Assembly: GCF_008831285.2 (NCBI RefSeq)
Contig: NC_045138.2
Location: 28,024,001-28,088,000 of the forward strand
From: Nymphaea colorata
Taxonomy: Eukaryota
Direction of reading: 5' to 3'
Length of the DNA stretch: 64,000 nt
The translations under genes were made by a program, and so were the position numbers. The notes beneath the pieces are model-generated. The model was not told the DNA's origin. It worked only from the letters and a program-made list of their open reading frames with translations, and did no database searches. Positions 11,858-24,761 of this stretch are shown here, one piece after another. How positions within the stretch are numbered: the stretch's first letter is position 1; every line of letters starts with the position of its first letter.

Positions 11858-13585
11858 TCACTTTGCAGTGTGGTTGGCAGTGCTTTGGTGTCTTTATGCA
11901 ATTGGGAAGATGCAATTGTTTGTTCTCCTTCGGTCATTCACCACACTTATAGGGTGCCTGTTCTAGGTACATTTGACTTATCGATGCTCAAGGAAGGAGC
12001 CTGAATACATTTCTTAGAGCTATAGACTTGACCAGTTGTTGCCTTCTTAACAGTCTTTGCTAATTGTGGGGTCAATGTGAGCCACAGTCTGTAAAAAAAG
12101 CTTTAACGGTGCGCTGTTGGAGCTAAGTTTAGCCACATAATCTCAATCATTCGCCCTGTCTTGAGGCCCAGATTCTTTATTTCGTATGCAAACAGCACCA
12201 AAGCTAGTTGTATGCTTACATATGTCCCTGCCAGTGGACCAGATGCATTCAGTTGCACATAACCACCTCGAGCAACACCTACTTAACAACTCGTCTTTTT
12301 TTTTTTAATTTTAATAAAATGATACTAACAATATTTTCTATACTAACTTTTAAAAAGCGTTACTTTTGAAAGAAATGCAAGAAATCGAAATGCCGTTTAA
12401 AACTTAAAAAAAAATGTGTTTTTCTTGAAAAAAAATGAAAAAAAACTCACTAAAAACACGTTTGTAACGTGCTTTTTATCATTATTATTTTTTTATTTTT
12501 TAATGCCAAATCAGTTTTTTTTTTGCAAATGTATCTTTTCATGTTTGTGTTAATATGTTCTCAATTATTTTATTTTTCTTTATTTTCAGTTTTTTTAATT
12601 TTTTTTAAAATTACCATTTTTTTCTTGTATTTTTTAAGCGGGCCGTATCATACCCCAAAAAACAGCTCACCGTTTAAAACTCCAAAAAGTTATTTTGACT
12701 ATGCAGTTTATTTATTCTCTATGCAGTAAATCTCTTGGCTATTATCTCCAGCCTCAAAACTTTAGGTACCCAAATAGAAGCCTTTAGGTAACAAAAACGG
12801 TGCATTCCAAAAATACAATGTTGATGAATCATGAATGCATCTATTTTGAAAACATATTTATGAAACACTATGTTCCAAACAATACAACCAAATGCCTGGA
12901 CTTGAAACATCGATGACGGCTCGCTTAAAGGTCGTGTTGTGCCTCGAATACCAACAGAGGACATTCCAACACAGGACCCTTGTAGAAAAGAAATGGCATT
13001 TGCCACTGTAGGTGTTAGGGGGAGTGTCGTGGATGGCGATCGCAGTCGGCAAAGCACAAATAGATTGAGCTGTCGTTTGGCTCGGAAACGTCGACGGAAT
13101 GGTGGGATGGGATAAACTCCAAAACTGGGGCTTATTCAAGCTAACGGTTGCTGTTCATGTAAGCATCGGGAACTGAGAGGAACAGTGCATCGTTTTTTGC
13201 TTTTCGTGCTCCAGGGTTGATGCCATGGAATTGTCCAAGTTTTGCTTCCTCGGTCAAGCAAGAACTCATTTGGTGGATGAAAAAGACTTTCTTCATTAAA
13301 TGGTTGAGTCCATCTCCTAGACAAGAAATTATGGTTTGTGAAGGATGTAACGACCCATCGGACAAATCCCATGAGCTTGGTGAATTTCGGCAGTTGCATC
13401 CTAAGAAGGTCAGCGAAGCTACCCTTTTGTGCGCTAGCACTTACCTAATTAGCAGTCTTACCTAATTAGCAGAGTCTCGACTCTCCTGGATGTTGGTTGG
13501 TGCTTATCACAATGAATGTGCAGCCGGAGGTCATTCAAATAGCATAAGAACTATTAGTCAGATGATCAACAATCACACAACATAC

Positions 13586-15914
13586 CATAAGAAGTTGGAT
13601 CATCGATAATTTCACTGAAGATTTGACAAGTGCTAGCAAAAACGGCGTGGGAGCCAGGCATTTCACTCTTAAGACCGTCGATTGACGCGTTCAGGTGAGT
13701 GTTGAATAGAACAGCGGGGAGGTTGGAAACTTCACTGCAGTTCCCACCATTCTGCAGTCGAGCCCCCAGCGTGCAGCCACTTGGTTGGCTGCCAAATAGC
13801 ACAAATTTCCAAGCACCCCAGCCATAAAACCACTTTAGAAATATTTCCATGAGAATCGACCACCTATACTACACCCTTCAGAGCCTAAAACAAGTTTTAT
13901 GTTCGAAGCTGAACAAATTTTAATGATTTTTTTATAAGTTTTTTTTAAAATATCCACCTTCCACCTTCTTTTTCCGTTTGATGGATATATTTTGCATGCA
14001 CCACCTATGCACGCAACCGCTTCTTTAGAATAAACAATATCCTTGTCTTTTGACAAAATGGAATGTTCTCATCTCAACGACAAAGTTTATGCATTACTTC
14101 TTCAAATTGATCTAGAGATGTGAACAAAATATTGTTTGCGGATGAGTTTTTTCCCGTATATGGTACAGTAAAGTTGAAAATCTCAGGAAAATGAAAAAAA
14201 AAACTTAAAAATGCAATGCGAAAGATACAAAAATAAAATAAAATGCAACAATAAGAAATGCCCAATGCCAATACAAAATGCAGTCAAAAAATGTGTTTTT
14301 TTAATGTTTTTTTGACATCTTTTACTTTTAGCATTGTTTTTCAAAAAGCTGGGTTTTTTGGGCTAACTTTTATTTGAAGTATAACGTGGGTTTTTAAGAC
14401 AATGCATTTGAGTCATACTTCACAGATTCTACTTATTGCTCTTAGGCTAGAAGTTCAAGATTCTAATAAATTTTCTTCCTCTTGTCTTAGTAGAAAGAAC
14501 CTTTGTGTTAACTTCAGTTGCTCAGTGACATTCCCGGTGAGTAACCGTGAAAATTCTGGCAAACAACATGGTGTTTCTGGAAACAATGAGCGGCGTAATC
14601 GTTTCCAAGACAAATATACTCCGCGGCAGATAAGAAGAAAGGTTGCTTCCAACAAGAGATTGTTGGTGTATGGAACTTGATCCATACTAGACAATCATAT
14701 GTAATACTGCGGATCCAACTTCACGGTAAGTTGGTGGGTTTTGCCCATTATGTTGAGAGGAGGGCCGCAGTTTTCTGTGTCTTTTCTTCTGAGAGTGTCT
14801 GTGTTTATTTGTGAGTGAATAGTAAAGATTTGTGCGACCGTGGACGTAGGAGATTATTGCTCCGAACCACGTAAATCTTTGTCTTCTTCCTTGTTGCTTC
14901 TAACCCCCTCTTAAAAGTGCATGAAAAAAGTTTAGAGATCTCAACTCCAGCAAAGTCCCTTCTTTGAAGTTCCTGATTTGCTGATTTAGATGTATTATTA
15001 TCATCTGTGAGCGCAACAGACCGAAAAAATATATATATCTTTCCTGTTCATTGAAGACGTTAAGGAGACGGAAAAAAAATATATCTTTCCTGCTCATTGA
15101 AGACGTTAAGGAAACTGAAATCAGATTAGGGGAAGAATGGTATGAAAGTGCAGGTGCTAGAAATGTTATTTTTGGGAAACATAAACTATTTTGGGAGCAA
15201 ATCAAAGCCTTAAATAAAAAATATAAAAATGTATCATGAATGTTTTTTTCTTTTATTTTTTCAACTTAAAAAACGTCAAAGGTAATAAAAACTTTATTGA
15301 GCGAGTAGTAGAAATATTTAATTCTACCACCGCAAAATAGAGTCAAAACCCAACTCAATTTCTTGTCTCCTTAGGATGGAGGGTTTAGTGTAGCCCCGCT
15401 GTTCTTTCAACGTCTCTTTTGCATATAATTTGATACAAAACTCGCTACCTACCCAGCCTCCACCTCACTCCCTATGACAATAAAAATGATTCAAGAAGAT
15501 CGAAAACACGAGCGGGGCTAGAGATATTATCGGCGAGGATCTCCTTTACATTGAAAGTAGTCGAGTCGAGAATGCTGGAGCCAGCAGATGCGTAGTTCAC
15601 TTCATTGAAAATTTTGGTTCCTTTGGTGGTGGGATCGTTGAAACAGGGGAGTCGATGAGGGAGTCCCAGATGCTGTCAAAGAGCATCGGCCATGGTCATC
15701 TATTGGTGAACCTCTCCGTCGGAACTTCAAGATCAATCCCGTACGGCAGAAAATTGGCCGTGGCATCAGAATCCAGGAAGTACACGTTGTTACCGTTATC
15801 AACAACCGAGTCCCCAAAGACAAACAAGGCCGTGATATTGCCGGGTGCTTCATTGAAGAAGAAGCTCACCAGAATCAGAATACTGAAAAACGCCACCCTT
15901 GTCATGGTCTCCAC
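13586..15914 (-). pseudogene. GDSL lipase pseudogene B1
   Basis: Exon 1 (about 15550-15914, FVFGDSVVDNGN) has a stop after RFTNR and frameshifts. Exon 2 (about 14500-15005) is interrupted by an LTR. Exon 3 is 13832-13586. Exon 4, which carries DxxH, is missing. Homologous to B3. Confidence 0.88.
14661..14934 (+). mobile_element. Solo LTR, 3'-eroded, inserted in exon 2 of GDSL B1
   Basis: Starts TGTTGGTGTATGGAAC; 5-bp TSD GAGAT at 14656-14660 and 14935-14939; absent from B2 and B3. Same family as 28545-28870 in the opposite orientation. Confidence 0.8.
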
Positions 15915-16580
15915 TTGTTTGTATCCATGAGCAAGCTCTCCATTATTCCTTTATACAGCGTGCGATCTGATGCCAGTAGGGGCTTCATGTAGACCGCTTC
16001 TGGCACGCTCGTTACTGAATACTGTGTGGTTACAGTGGTCCTGCCATAAGCCTAAACATGTAAGCTGGTTCACCATTTACCTACTTCTTCAGTTCAGGTC
16101 CAGTTGATTGTTTATTGGGGCTGAACATTTTGGTGGTTGAACTGATGAACAAGAGTGTTATTATTGGAGTTTCCGTGGCTAGGCTTGGTTTCATACACTA
16201 CACGGGCCAATTTAAGAGACTTTATTCATTGTAAAGAGTCTAAGAGATTATTCAGGTCCGTCCAATGGTATGAGAGCTCATTGAAGTAGGGTCTGTTCAC
16301 AAATCGTATCAAAGTGGGTCTAGTTTAACAGAGTAAATACTGTAATAAAACCTCCTAAATTGACAAACAAAACTTTGGTCAAACTGACTGGGTAACGCAA
16401 ACTGATCAATTAAAAGTTAACCACAAATCACAAGGTGCTTCATTATTGATCATATAAATACATAAGAACTTTTCTGGGATTCCAGAAAATCCCCTTGCTT
16501 GTAAATCCATCAGAAAAATGTAGCATGGATATAAGTCTAGCTATATGAACATATCAGTACGTCTTCAATGCTTGGTAACT

Positions 16581-16783
16581 GTTCTGATGCCACTATAACA
16601 ACCCGACTCACTCTTAAACTCGGGCCTTTGGTTTGGTGAATTTCAACCCTCTCCTTAACAGTTTCGGCTCTAATCTCAAAAGGTTATAAACCAAGACAAC
16701 CATTTATGGTAATGATCCTCTTTATAAATCCTTGAAAATTCCTCACAATCTTTAATATGGAACTAAATTTTTGGGGTGTTACA
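16581..16783 (-). mobile_element. Partial TRIM (PBS plus one LTR); duplicate of 26842-27296
   Basis: LTR TATAACAACCCGAC...GGGGTGTTACA (16594-16783) next to GTTCTGATGCCA (reverse complement TGGCATCAGAAC, Met-PBS-like). The rest is deleted relative to the copy at about 26510-27090. Confidence 0.75.
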
Positions 16784-16789
16784 ATATAT

Positions 16790-16975
16790 ATACTCTACTC
16801 TAATGCAGAGAGGGGAAGAAAGAGAGAAAGAGAGCCGATAAAAATGGTAGATATATGTACTCTACTGTAATACAAAGGGGGGAGGGGGGGGAGCGAGAGA
16901 GAGAAAGAGCCGATAAAAATGGTAGATATATGTACTCTAGTGTAATACATAGGGGAGGGAGAGAGAGAGAGAAGA
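16790..16975. repeat. GA-rich minisatellite, about 60-75 bp unit; duplicate at 27300-27478
   Basis: GCCGATAAAAATGGTAGATATATGTACTCTAGTGTAATAC plus (GA)n is repeated 2-3 times. The third paralogous site (about 32530-32570) has a single unit. Confidence 0.75.
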
Positions 16976-17679
16976 GTCTAGTAGTGCCTGCTCCCTCTTC
17001 AAGCATCCATAAGAACTCGTATTTGTCTTGGATTAGAAAACTTATTTCACGAGCAAACTGCTTTGTTGCTGTGTTTCATGGTGAGAGTGATAACATTACA
17101 CATAAAGAGGTGACGAACATTGTGCAAAGTGGCATGACTAATGAACCTAAAAGCAAGGACCATGGCAAGAGTTATGAACCTAAAAAGCAGGGATTGTGGG
17201 CGGCAACTTGTCAAAACTTTAGACAACACCTGCCTGAATTTAAATTCAATAGTAGTTATTCATACAAGTTACAAACAAAAATAAAGAACCGTTAGTGTAC
17301 CTCTCTATGCATGGCTTCTAACAATAAGCAGCATTTGGCGTGATCCTCTTTTTCATTCTAATATGAGAGCTATTGTGAAAGCAGGTGGAAACCATCGAAC
17401 CACATTAAAATTTGCATTGCTTTGTTCACTTTAATTCTTTGTTGTTAAGACAACAAAGAAGAGTAAACAGAACCCCTTAGGAACAGAACAGTGGCTCCGT
17501 GTGGGAGTCATTTTATTAGAAGACATTGGTCTCACCAGTGCGAATAAGAATAATAGCATTCCCGCAATCAGACATGCTCTAAGTGTTTTAATTTGGAAAA
17601 GAAACTGCCACAAATTACAAGAGATTGTAAGGTTGAAGCATATTTTCTGAACTGCTTGATTTGTTTACATTCATGTGGC

Positions 17680-18580
17680 TGTTCGTGGCATAGAGATAAG
17701 CAGGGGCAGAGGGAGAGGGGGCCACCTAGGCCGTGGCTCCACCTCAGTTAAGTGAAAAAAAAATTACATTAACAAAATTTAAAAAAATTTAATTGCATAA
17801 TACATTTTTTGGATTTGGGTTTAGTTTGGCCTTACCTTGATAAATTCGTTGGACCGTTTGGCCCACCCTAAAAAAAAAATCCTCGCTCCCCCTTGGAGAT
17901 AAGGAGATGATCTCTCAACTTCCATAAGATAATAAAGAATCCACTATCTTTGGTAGAAGATATGATTATAAATTATCCTCACCAAGATTATTGGAATCAA
18001 TCAAGACTATCGGTATCTGCTGAAGGATTCTAGTAAATCTCTCATAAAATTGTTTCCATCTTACTCTGGTGTATTCAAATTTATATAAGGAGTTGTATTC
18101 CTGCTGTAATATAGACAAAAAATAAAAAAGAAGAAAGTTCCTTTTTCTCTCTCCCGGATGTAGGCTAATAAGCCGAACCACGTAAATTATTGTTATATTC
18201 TGTTTCTTCTACGTATCTCCTGTTTCTGTCATATACATTTTTAACATGGTATCAGAGCCAGGTTTTCCTGAGCACTTGAAGATGATTCTTCGTGGGGATC
18301 TGCAATCGGTTTGTCACTAACATCTGCAGCAGAGAAATTCTGTCAACCCTGAGAAATTCTGGCGATAGGAGTTGCTTTCAGAGTACAGGAAGAATCTGGC
18401 GAGAATCTGTCGCTACGATGCTTGCTTTCCTAATTTCTAAACAAAATTGGGAAAATACTTTGCCACGGTGATTCATTCTAACAATCTTGCATTCTTTAAT
18501 TTATGTCGCCAATTAATCGATTCTCTTATGAACGCCTAATTTTCGGTTGATGCTATGACCGAAAATCCAAGCATAGGGAA
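17680..18580 (+). mobile_element. Truncated LTR retrotransposon (5' LTR, Met-PBS and short internal piece)
   Basis: TGTT start at 17680, where homology to the 33.2-kb region ends. The LTR ends ...TTTTAACA at 18246 and is followed directly by the PBS TGGTATCAGAGCC (18247-18259). No coding region or second LTR; right boundary approximate. Confidence 0.7.
17701..17895. mobile_element. hAT-type MITE nested in the LTR
   Basis: 8-bp TSD GAGATAAG at 17693-17700 and 17896-17903; imperfect TIR CAGGGGCAGAG...CTCGCTCCCCCTTG. Confidence 0.8.
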
Positions 18581-18583
18581 GTT

Positions 18584-19550
18584 ATATGTCGACGTGTTTG
18601 GATGTTTGAACAATGTTTATGCAACCCTTTTTTTCCTTAGGAATTAAAATGACCCGATTCCGTGAGCACATCCCTTTCTATCTATTTATTTATGTATTTG
18701 ATTCCCCACCACAACCACAGGAAATTCATTCCTTTTCGCCATCAAGGAGGAAACAGGAAACCGGCGGACGTCCTATTTGAAAACATTTACCTTTACTTTG
18801 TTTGTATGGAAGGAAAGAAAACTAAAAACTTTGTTTGGATGTAAGGAAAGAAAGTGAAAAGTCGCTTTGGATTTCTTTGTCCCAGCCACAACCTTTTATT
18901 CTCATTTTTATTACATGTTTCCAGAAAAAAGTTCCATTAAATTCTAGGCTAAAATCGTAAGAATGTTATCAGGGGCAACTGGTGCGAAGAGGAAGAAACC
19001 ATTTGCAGATTAGCTTTCTTCTATTTTTACTTTTTCATGCTATCATGTTGTAAGGCAGAACCAATTTTACAGGCGGCGAAGTTTGAGCCATTTTATCAGT
19101 TTATCAGATTTGAAAGTTTAATTATCAAAATTTTCTGGAAAAAGGAAAATGTTATTTATCAGACATCTTATGCTTCTACTTTTTATTTGGTTATAGTTAC
19201 TGGGAAATGATTCTTTAACTAAATTTCTAATGTACAAAAAATTCCAATTTCTCTTTCTGAGACACGAATATGTACAGGAGCATTATTAACTGTCTACTAT
19301 AACAATTGTTTAAGACCCTTTGCTTTTATTACTGAATTTTAGCCATCCAGCAAAATACAAAATCCAACACACATATATATATATATATATATATACACAC
19401 GTGTGTGTGTGTACGTGTGTGTTCTAAAAATAAAAATGAAGATTTATGACCCATCGCATGTAAAGGCGCATAAAAGCTTATGGTTCAAATGTATTTATAA
19501 AAATATTCGTGAGTAAATCAAGTATAAAAACAATGAAGAAGAAAAAGATA
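18584..19550 (+). repeat. Segmental duplication block (VPS32 upstream region), copy 2
   Basis: Colinear with 7374-8207; no VPS32 exon 1 accompanies it. Confidence 0.88.
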
Positions 19551-19769
19551 GTAGGCGAGGAAAAGCTAAGAGCTGATAGAGAAAAGGGTTGGAAGAATCA
19601 TTCTTAAAATGGGATTATTGGCTTTTTTCCTTTTTTCTTCTCTTAGTTCTCACATAATTTTCCTTTAACCTGGTTGTATTTTTCTTTTATTTTTTGATGA
19701 AATTGTCATCCAAGCTTAAGGTTACTAATATGTAAAAAAAGGCAGAGACTTAAAAACTCACCTTAAAAC

Positions 19770-20836
19770 TAGGCCTGGGTGCCGTCGGGTACCCTGTACC
19801 CAGCCCGGTATGGACCAAGTCCGGGTCAAAAAAATGTCTTATCGGGTTCACCTTCAGTGCGCCCGGCTCAACCCGAGATCTTAACGGGTCGGGCACGGTT
19901 ATCAGTTCTATAGCCCGGCCCGACGGCCCGTTAGGTCAAGAGATTCCTGCCTCCCCTAATCTCATTTTCCATTGAGGATTTGAGGGAGGCAGAGCCACAG
20001 AGACAAGGAGAGCCACAGCGGGACAGCCAGTCCGCTACCGCCACCACGCCACCGTCTCCGCTCCGCCAGTGGGCCACCTGCCACCGTCGCCCTTTTGCCG
20101 CTCCGCCACTGGTCCACCACTCCACAGTCGAACTTTTGCTTTGTGAAGGTACACACTGCTCATTGAAAACATGTCGCTTTGTGCATTTTCGATTTCTTTG
20201 AAAAAATCTGTTGCAAGTAAATTCAATGTGTAGTTTGCCATTTTGTGCACCTCTTCATGATCTTTTCTCTTGGTAGAGGAAGAAGTTTGCTTCTACCTGG
20301 GTGAAGAAACGCTGGTGTATGTTTTTTCTTTTGATTCTCAAAGGAAAGGAATGAGAGTCCATCTATTCACTTATATGCAAATCCATATGGAAAGATTTTT
20401 CATTTCTTTGTGAATAATGCCCAGACCCATAGAAATGAAAAGGTTTTGTGGTTTAGATCTGGCATTCGTCTAGATCGTAGACTTCGTTTGAGGTCTGTTG
20501 ATTATATTTGTGAATGTATTTGCTGGAACTCACGTATTTGCTGGAACTCTAGTTGTTATCAGAAACACACAATCGTCAATTATTTTTACACACAATCGTG
20601 AATGGTCTTTTTTCTTTTTTTCTTTTTATTTGATTTTTGGATCAAACCGACCCTGCCCGGCCTGACCCGGCCCGCCAGTTAACAAAAAGGGTTGGGCTGG
20701 GCCTCGAACATGGTGGACCAGACCCGGTACCCAGCCCGTTTTGTAATCGGGCCGGGCCCGGGCTTTGGGGACGGGCCGTCCCGGGCCCGGTCTTACCGGG
20801 CCGGACAGTGCCGGCTGGACCGGATGCCCACCCCTA
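19770..20836. mobile_element. Non-autonomous hAT-type DNA transposon
   Basis: 8-bp TSD CTTAAAAC at 19762-19769 and 20837-20844; termini TAGGCCTGGGTGCC and GATGCCCACCCCTA; GC-rich CCCGG subterminal motifs; absent from the A1 flank. Confidence 0.85.
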
Positions 20837-21054
20837 CTTAAAACGAGACTTGAAATTTCCTTCACTCATATAATGTGGACAGAACCTTAGATATGTAGCA
20901 AGTATTGAAATTAATAAGATAAAATTGTTCTCTAATTGTAACAAGAAAAAAGTATCATACGGTAATTCTAATCTTCCCATGCTTCTCTCCCCCATGACCA
21001 AAAAAAAAAGAGATCGAAGAAAGGAACCAATAGCGACATTGAACGCCAACCGAT

Positions 21055-23666
21055 TCACTTGAAGATGGATCTACGGCCATTTATTGAGGGGATGAAAGCA
21101 AAACCGATTGCGGCCATGGGATGAGATCTTCCCTCCACACTCAATTCATTGATCATGTCCATCGTTGGTGCTTCAGAGCTTAAACCTGCACCGCTTGCGT
21201 CTGGGTCTGGGGAGAGGTCGGCTAAGTGCTTGATATTGAAGGGATAGACGTCGGACTTGGAGTCCGACAAGTACATCCTTCTCGCTAGGATCAAGTTTGC
21301 TGCATTGGTCGGATGGCCTCCGTCAAAGAAGAGATATGTGTTTCTATCTTCACAAACACTGCCATTCTTCTCGCACAGCGCACCCGATACGGTACAACAA
21401 TGCTTGTCAACCACCGTGAGTCCTGTTAATCAGTAAAGATTAACTCAATCAAACTAAGAATGGAAATTCGGTAAGTATGCATTATTTTACCTACAGATAT
21501 TTCAAACAGTAGATATTATCCATAGCAAGAAAATTGTACAAAAAATATGCTCAAGTTTTCATGAAATAAGAAAAACACACTTTTGACGGTTTTTTTTTTT
21601 TTTTGTTTTACCAAAAAAACTCGTGGATTGAAGTAGGCTGGGTTCCAGATGAATATTTTGGTCGAGTCCTTTTTTCAGATTATTTATTTATTTTTTTTAG
21701 AAGGGAAGTCGTTCGGTTTATCATGTTGATAATTTTCTTCACATAACACACAGTCTCTCATCGTTAAAAAAGCTGGCTACGATTCAAGGTTGACCCGGCT
21801 AAACCTAGCCATGAGTTGATGTTGGCTGCGCTTACCCCTGACTCGGCTTGACTTGACCCTAACTCGTCCGATTCAAATTATTTTAAAACCGGATCGAATC
21901 AACGAGTCAACTCAATGTCAACTCATGAACCTAATGACCTGATTTTTAACTCATCATCATTCAGAAATTTACCAACTCTGCTTTCCACAAAAGCTGCATC
22001 ACCCAAGCACGCGAGTTAAAAGGAGGATTCCTTACACCAACCTCGTCAAGGGCAAGTTTAACTGGTTAATAAAGCCATTGTTAGAATATGTGGAATCTTG
22101 AGACGGGAGTGTTCAGCATACCGTAATCGGCGGGAGAATCAATCATCTCGCTGATGATTTTGTAGCTGTTAGCAAAAACAAAATGGGAGCCGGGCATGTC
22201 TCTGGTTAGCCTATCGATTGAGGCGTTGAGCCGAGTGTTGAATTGCATGGATGCCAAATTGTAGGTTTCATTGCAGCTGCCGTCTGTAGTTGTTAATCGA
22301 GCCGCCGGCGTGCAGCCACTCACCTGGATGGACAGTAACGCAAATTTCCGGGCTCCCAGACCATATAGCCACTGGGAAAGGGGGAAATTTGAGTATTTCA
22401 GTCTCTTTAACTGTCGAAAAAAATCATAAAATGTATGCAAAGTTTTGGTGGCACAGTAAAAAGAGGCTCAAGTTTTTCTGTCTAACTGTCGATGTGGATG
22501 TTTCAAGCTGTCAATGCAGATAGTCATGGGAGGTGATAAATAGACAGAAAGCTTTATTTACCTTTAGTTGCTGGGTGAACCTGCCGAGAAGTTCCTCCGT
22601 GAATTCCGGCAAATAGCATGCAGTTCCGTCAAAACAACTACATGCAAAATCATTTCCGCCGGTATTAATCGCAAATATACTCCGCGAGAGATAAGATGAA
22701 AGATCCTTCCCAAGGAGGGACCTTAGTTCGGGCAGAGTTCTTGACTCAAAGTTCCTTATTTGTTGGTTGAATGTTATCACTTCTGTCTGCAACGCCAGCA
22801 AACAAACAAAAAGGTTAATAAAACAGAACAGAAGCCCACAGAATCCACGTCTCATCCACTATACTATGTAGATGTTGGAGTTCGATTGCTATTTGACATC
22901 CTTCTTCTGTTAAATCTTTCCATTTTTTTAATTATCACTTTCGTCTACCTTTGCATATCATTAAACTAAACGTCTACTCAAACGCAAACAGCACCAAGAA
23001 GGCAATTGTGTTTTAGATAATGCCACACCAATCACGTTTTTAATCTTATAGAGCGTGTTTGGCAGTGAATGAAATAGCCCTTCTGTAGTTGTTGTATACA
23101 GTGGAACAGGGCGCTCCACAAACACAAACAGTGGACGAGGCCGGAGCATGGCGTTTGGCACACTCCAAGTCCGCTGAATTAGGCGTTTCGACCAGCATGT
23201 CCTCGCGTCCTTAAGACGGGTAACCTGATTTGCTGCACTCGATCTTCGAGAAATAAAGAAGGAAAAAAAAAAAAAAGAGCAATAATTTTACACTGAAGTT
23301 GGTTGAGTCAAGAATGCCAGAAGCTGATGAAGCGTAGTTCACTCCACTTAGAATCATGGGCCCTTTGGTGCTCGGGTTACTGAAGCAAGGAAGTAAATTG
23401 GGGACGCCCAGAAGCTGTCCAAGAACATCGGCCACTGTTTTGTTATTGGTGAACCTTCCTGTCGGAAAGCCAAAATCAACGCCATAAGGCGGATAATTGG
23501 CCTTGGCTGTTGATACTGCAAAGAATATATTGTTGCCATTGTCAACTAACGAATCCCCAAAAACAAACATGGATGTGATATTGGACGCTCCATTTTCCTC
23601 CAGGCAATGCAGAAGACACGAGGAGCTGAGGAGGATGAAGATGAACAACGTCATCGCTGCCATCAT
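21055..23666 (-). CDS. GDSL esterase/lipase, paralog A2 (4 exons, about 405 aa, stop-loss C-terminal extension)
   Basis: Exons 23666-23292, 22786-22562, 22371-22122 and 21422-21055, in frame. GDSL, GGND and FFDGGHPT are intact. Close paralog of A1. Confidence 0.9.
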
Positions 23667-24761
23667 TCACTTTGCAGTGTGGTTGGCAGTGCTTTGGTGT
23701 CTTTATGCAATTGGGAAGAAGCAATTTTTTGTTCTCCTTCGGATGACAAACCGACCAGTCAATGATATTTTAGATTGGATTGAGGCATAAATTTCAGTAT
23801 TTCGTCGTTCAAATACTCTTCTACTTCTTATTGTTGTCGCAAACACATTAATGCCTTGCTGAAAATTAAACTCATAATTGTGATTTTCTAGATAGTAGCG
23901 CCACATTGGGATTTGGGAAAGCATAATACCTGTGAAATTAATCACTTTATAGCCCCTTATTAATGGAAAAAAATTAATTTCTGGTCTCCTTGAACAAGAA
24001 GAGTAGTTGAACATGGTCGTAAACTTGCAGCTGCCTGCTTTTGGTTGTTGAAACATGCCTACTTTTGGTTGTTCAAACAAACTTGCAGAGGGTTAGGTGG
24101 GCAGAGCACGTGACCGGCTCTTGTCTAAGAGACTTACCATAGGATTGCAAGTGTTACCAAGGTATTTCGACAACTTTATCAATTTTTCATACAGCCAATT
24201 GTATTTCCACTCTACAAGGAAGGAGCCTGAATACATTTCTTAGAGACAGAATCTTGACCAGTTGTTTTCTTTTTGAACTCTATAAAGAGGTTGCTCGCTT
24301 TCTGTCTCAACGTCAAACATTATGCATTAGTTCTTAAATTATTCTGGAGATGTGAGCTTTAAATATTGTCAAAATGTTGTTTGCGGGTGAGATTTTTCTC
24401 GTATATGATACAGTAAAGTTGAAGTCTCAATAAAGTCTCAGGAAAATTAAAAAAAAAAAACTCCAATATGCAATGCAAAAAAATACAAAATAAAATGCAA
24501 CAATAAGAAGTGCACAATACCGAAACAAAATGCAGTGAAAAAATGTGTTTGTTTATGTTTTTTTGACATTTTTACTCTTAGTTTTTTTTTTTTTTTCAAA
24601 AAGGTGGATTTGTTGGGCTAACTTATTTTTGAAGTATAACGTGGGTTTTTATGACAATTTTAATTCATACTTCACAGATTCTACTTATTGCTCTCAGGCT
24701 AGAAGTTCAAGATTCTAATAAATTTTCTTCCTCGTCTTAGTAGAAAGAAGCTTTATGTTAC

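Noticed and set aside
16855..17295. 146-aa ORF in a block present three times
   Set aside because: The frame is not conserved in the 27.5 and 32.6 kb copies, and it starts within a minisatellite.
23320..23340. Block II Gly replaced in A2 (ASSASG) and A1 (ASGSSG), suggesting pseudoenzymes
   Set aside because: Ala or Ser at this position occurs in ordinary plant GDSLs (e.g. NYASAAAG), and the catalytic Ser, Asp and His are intact.
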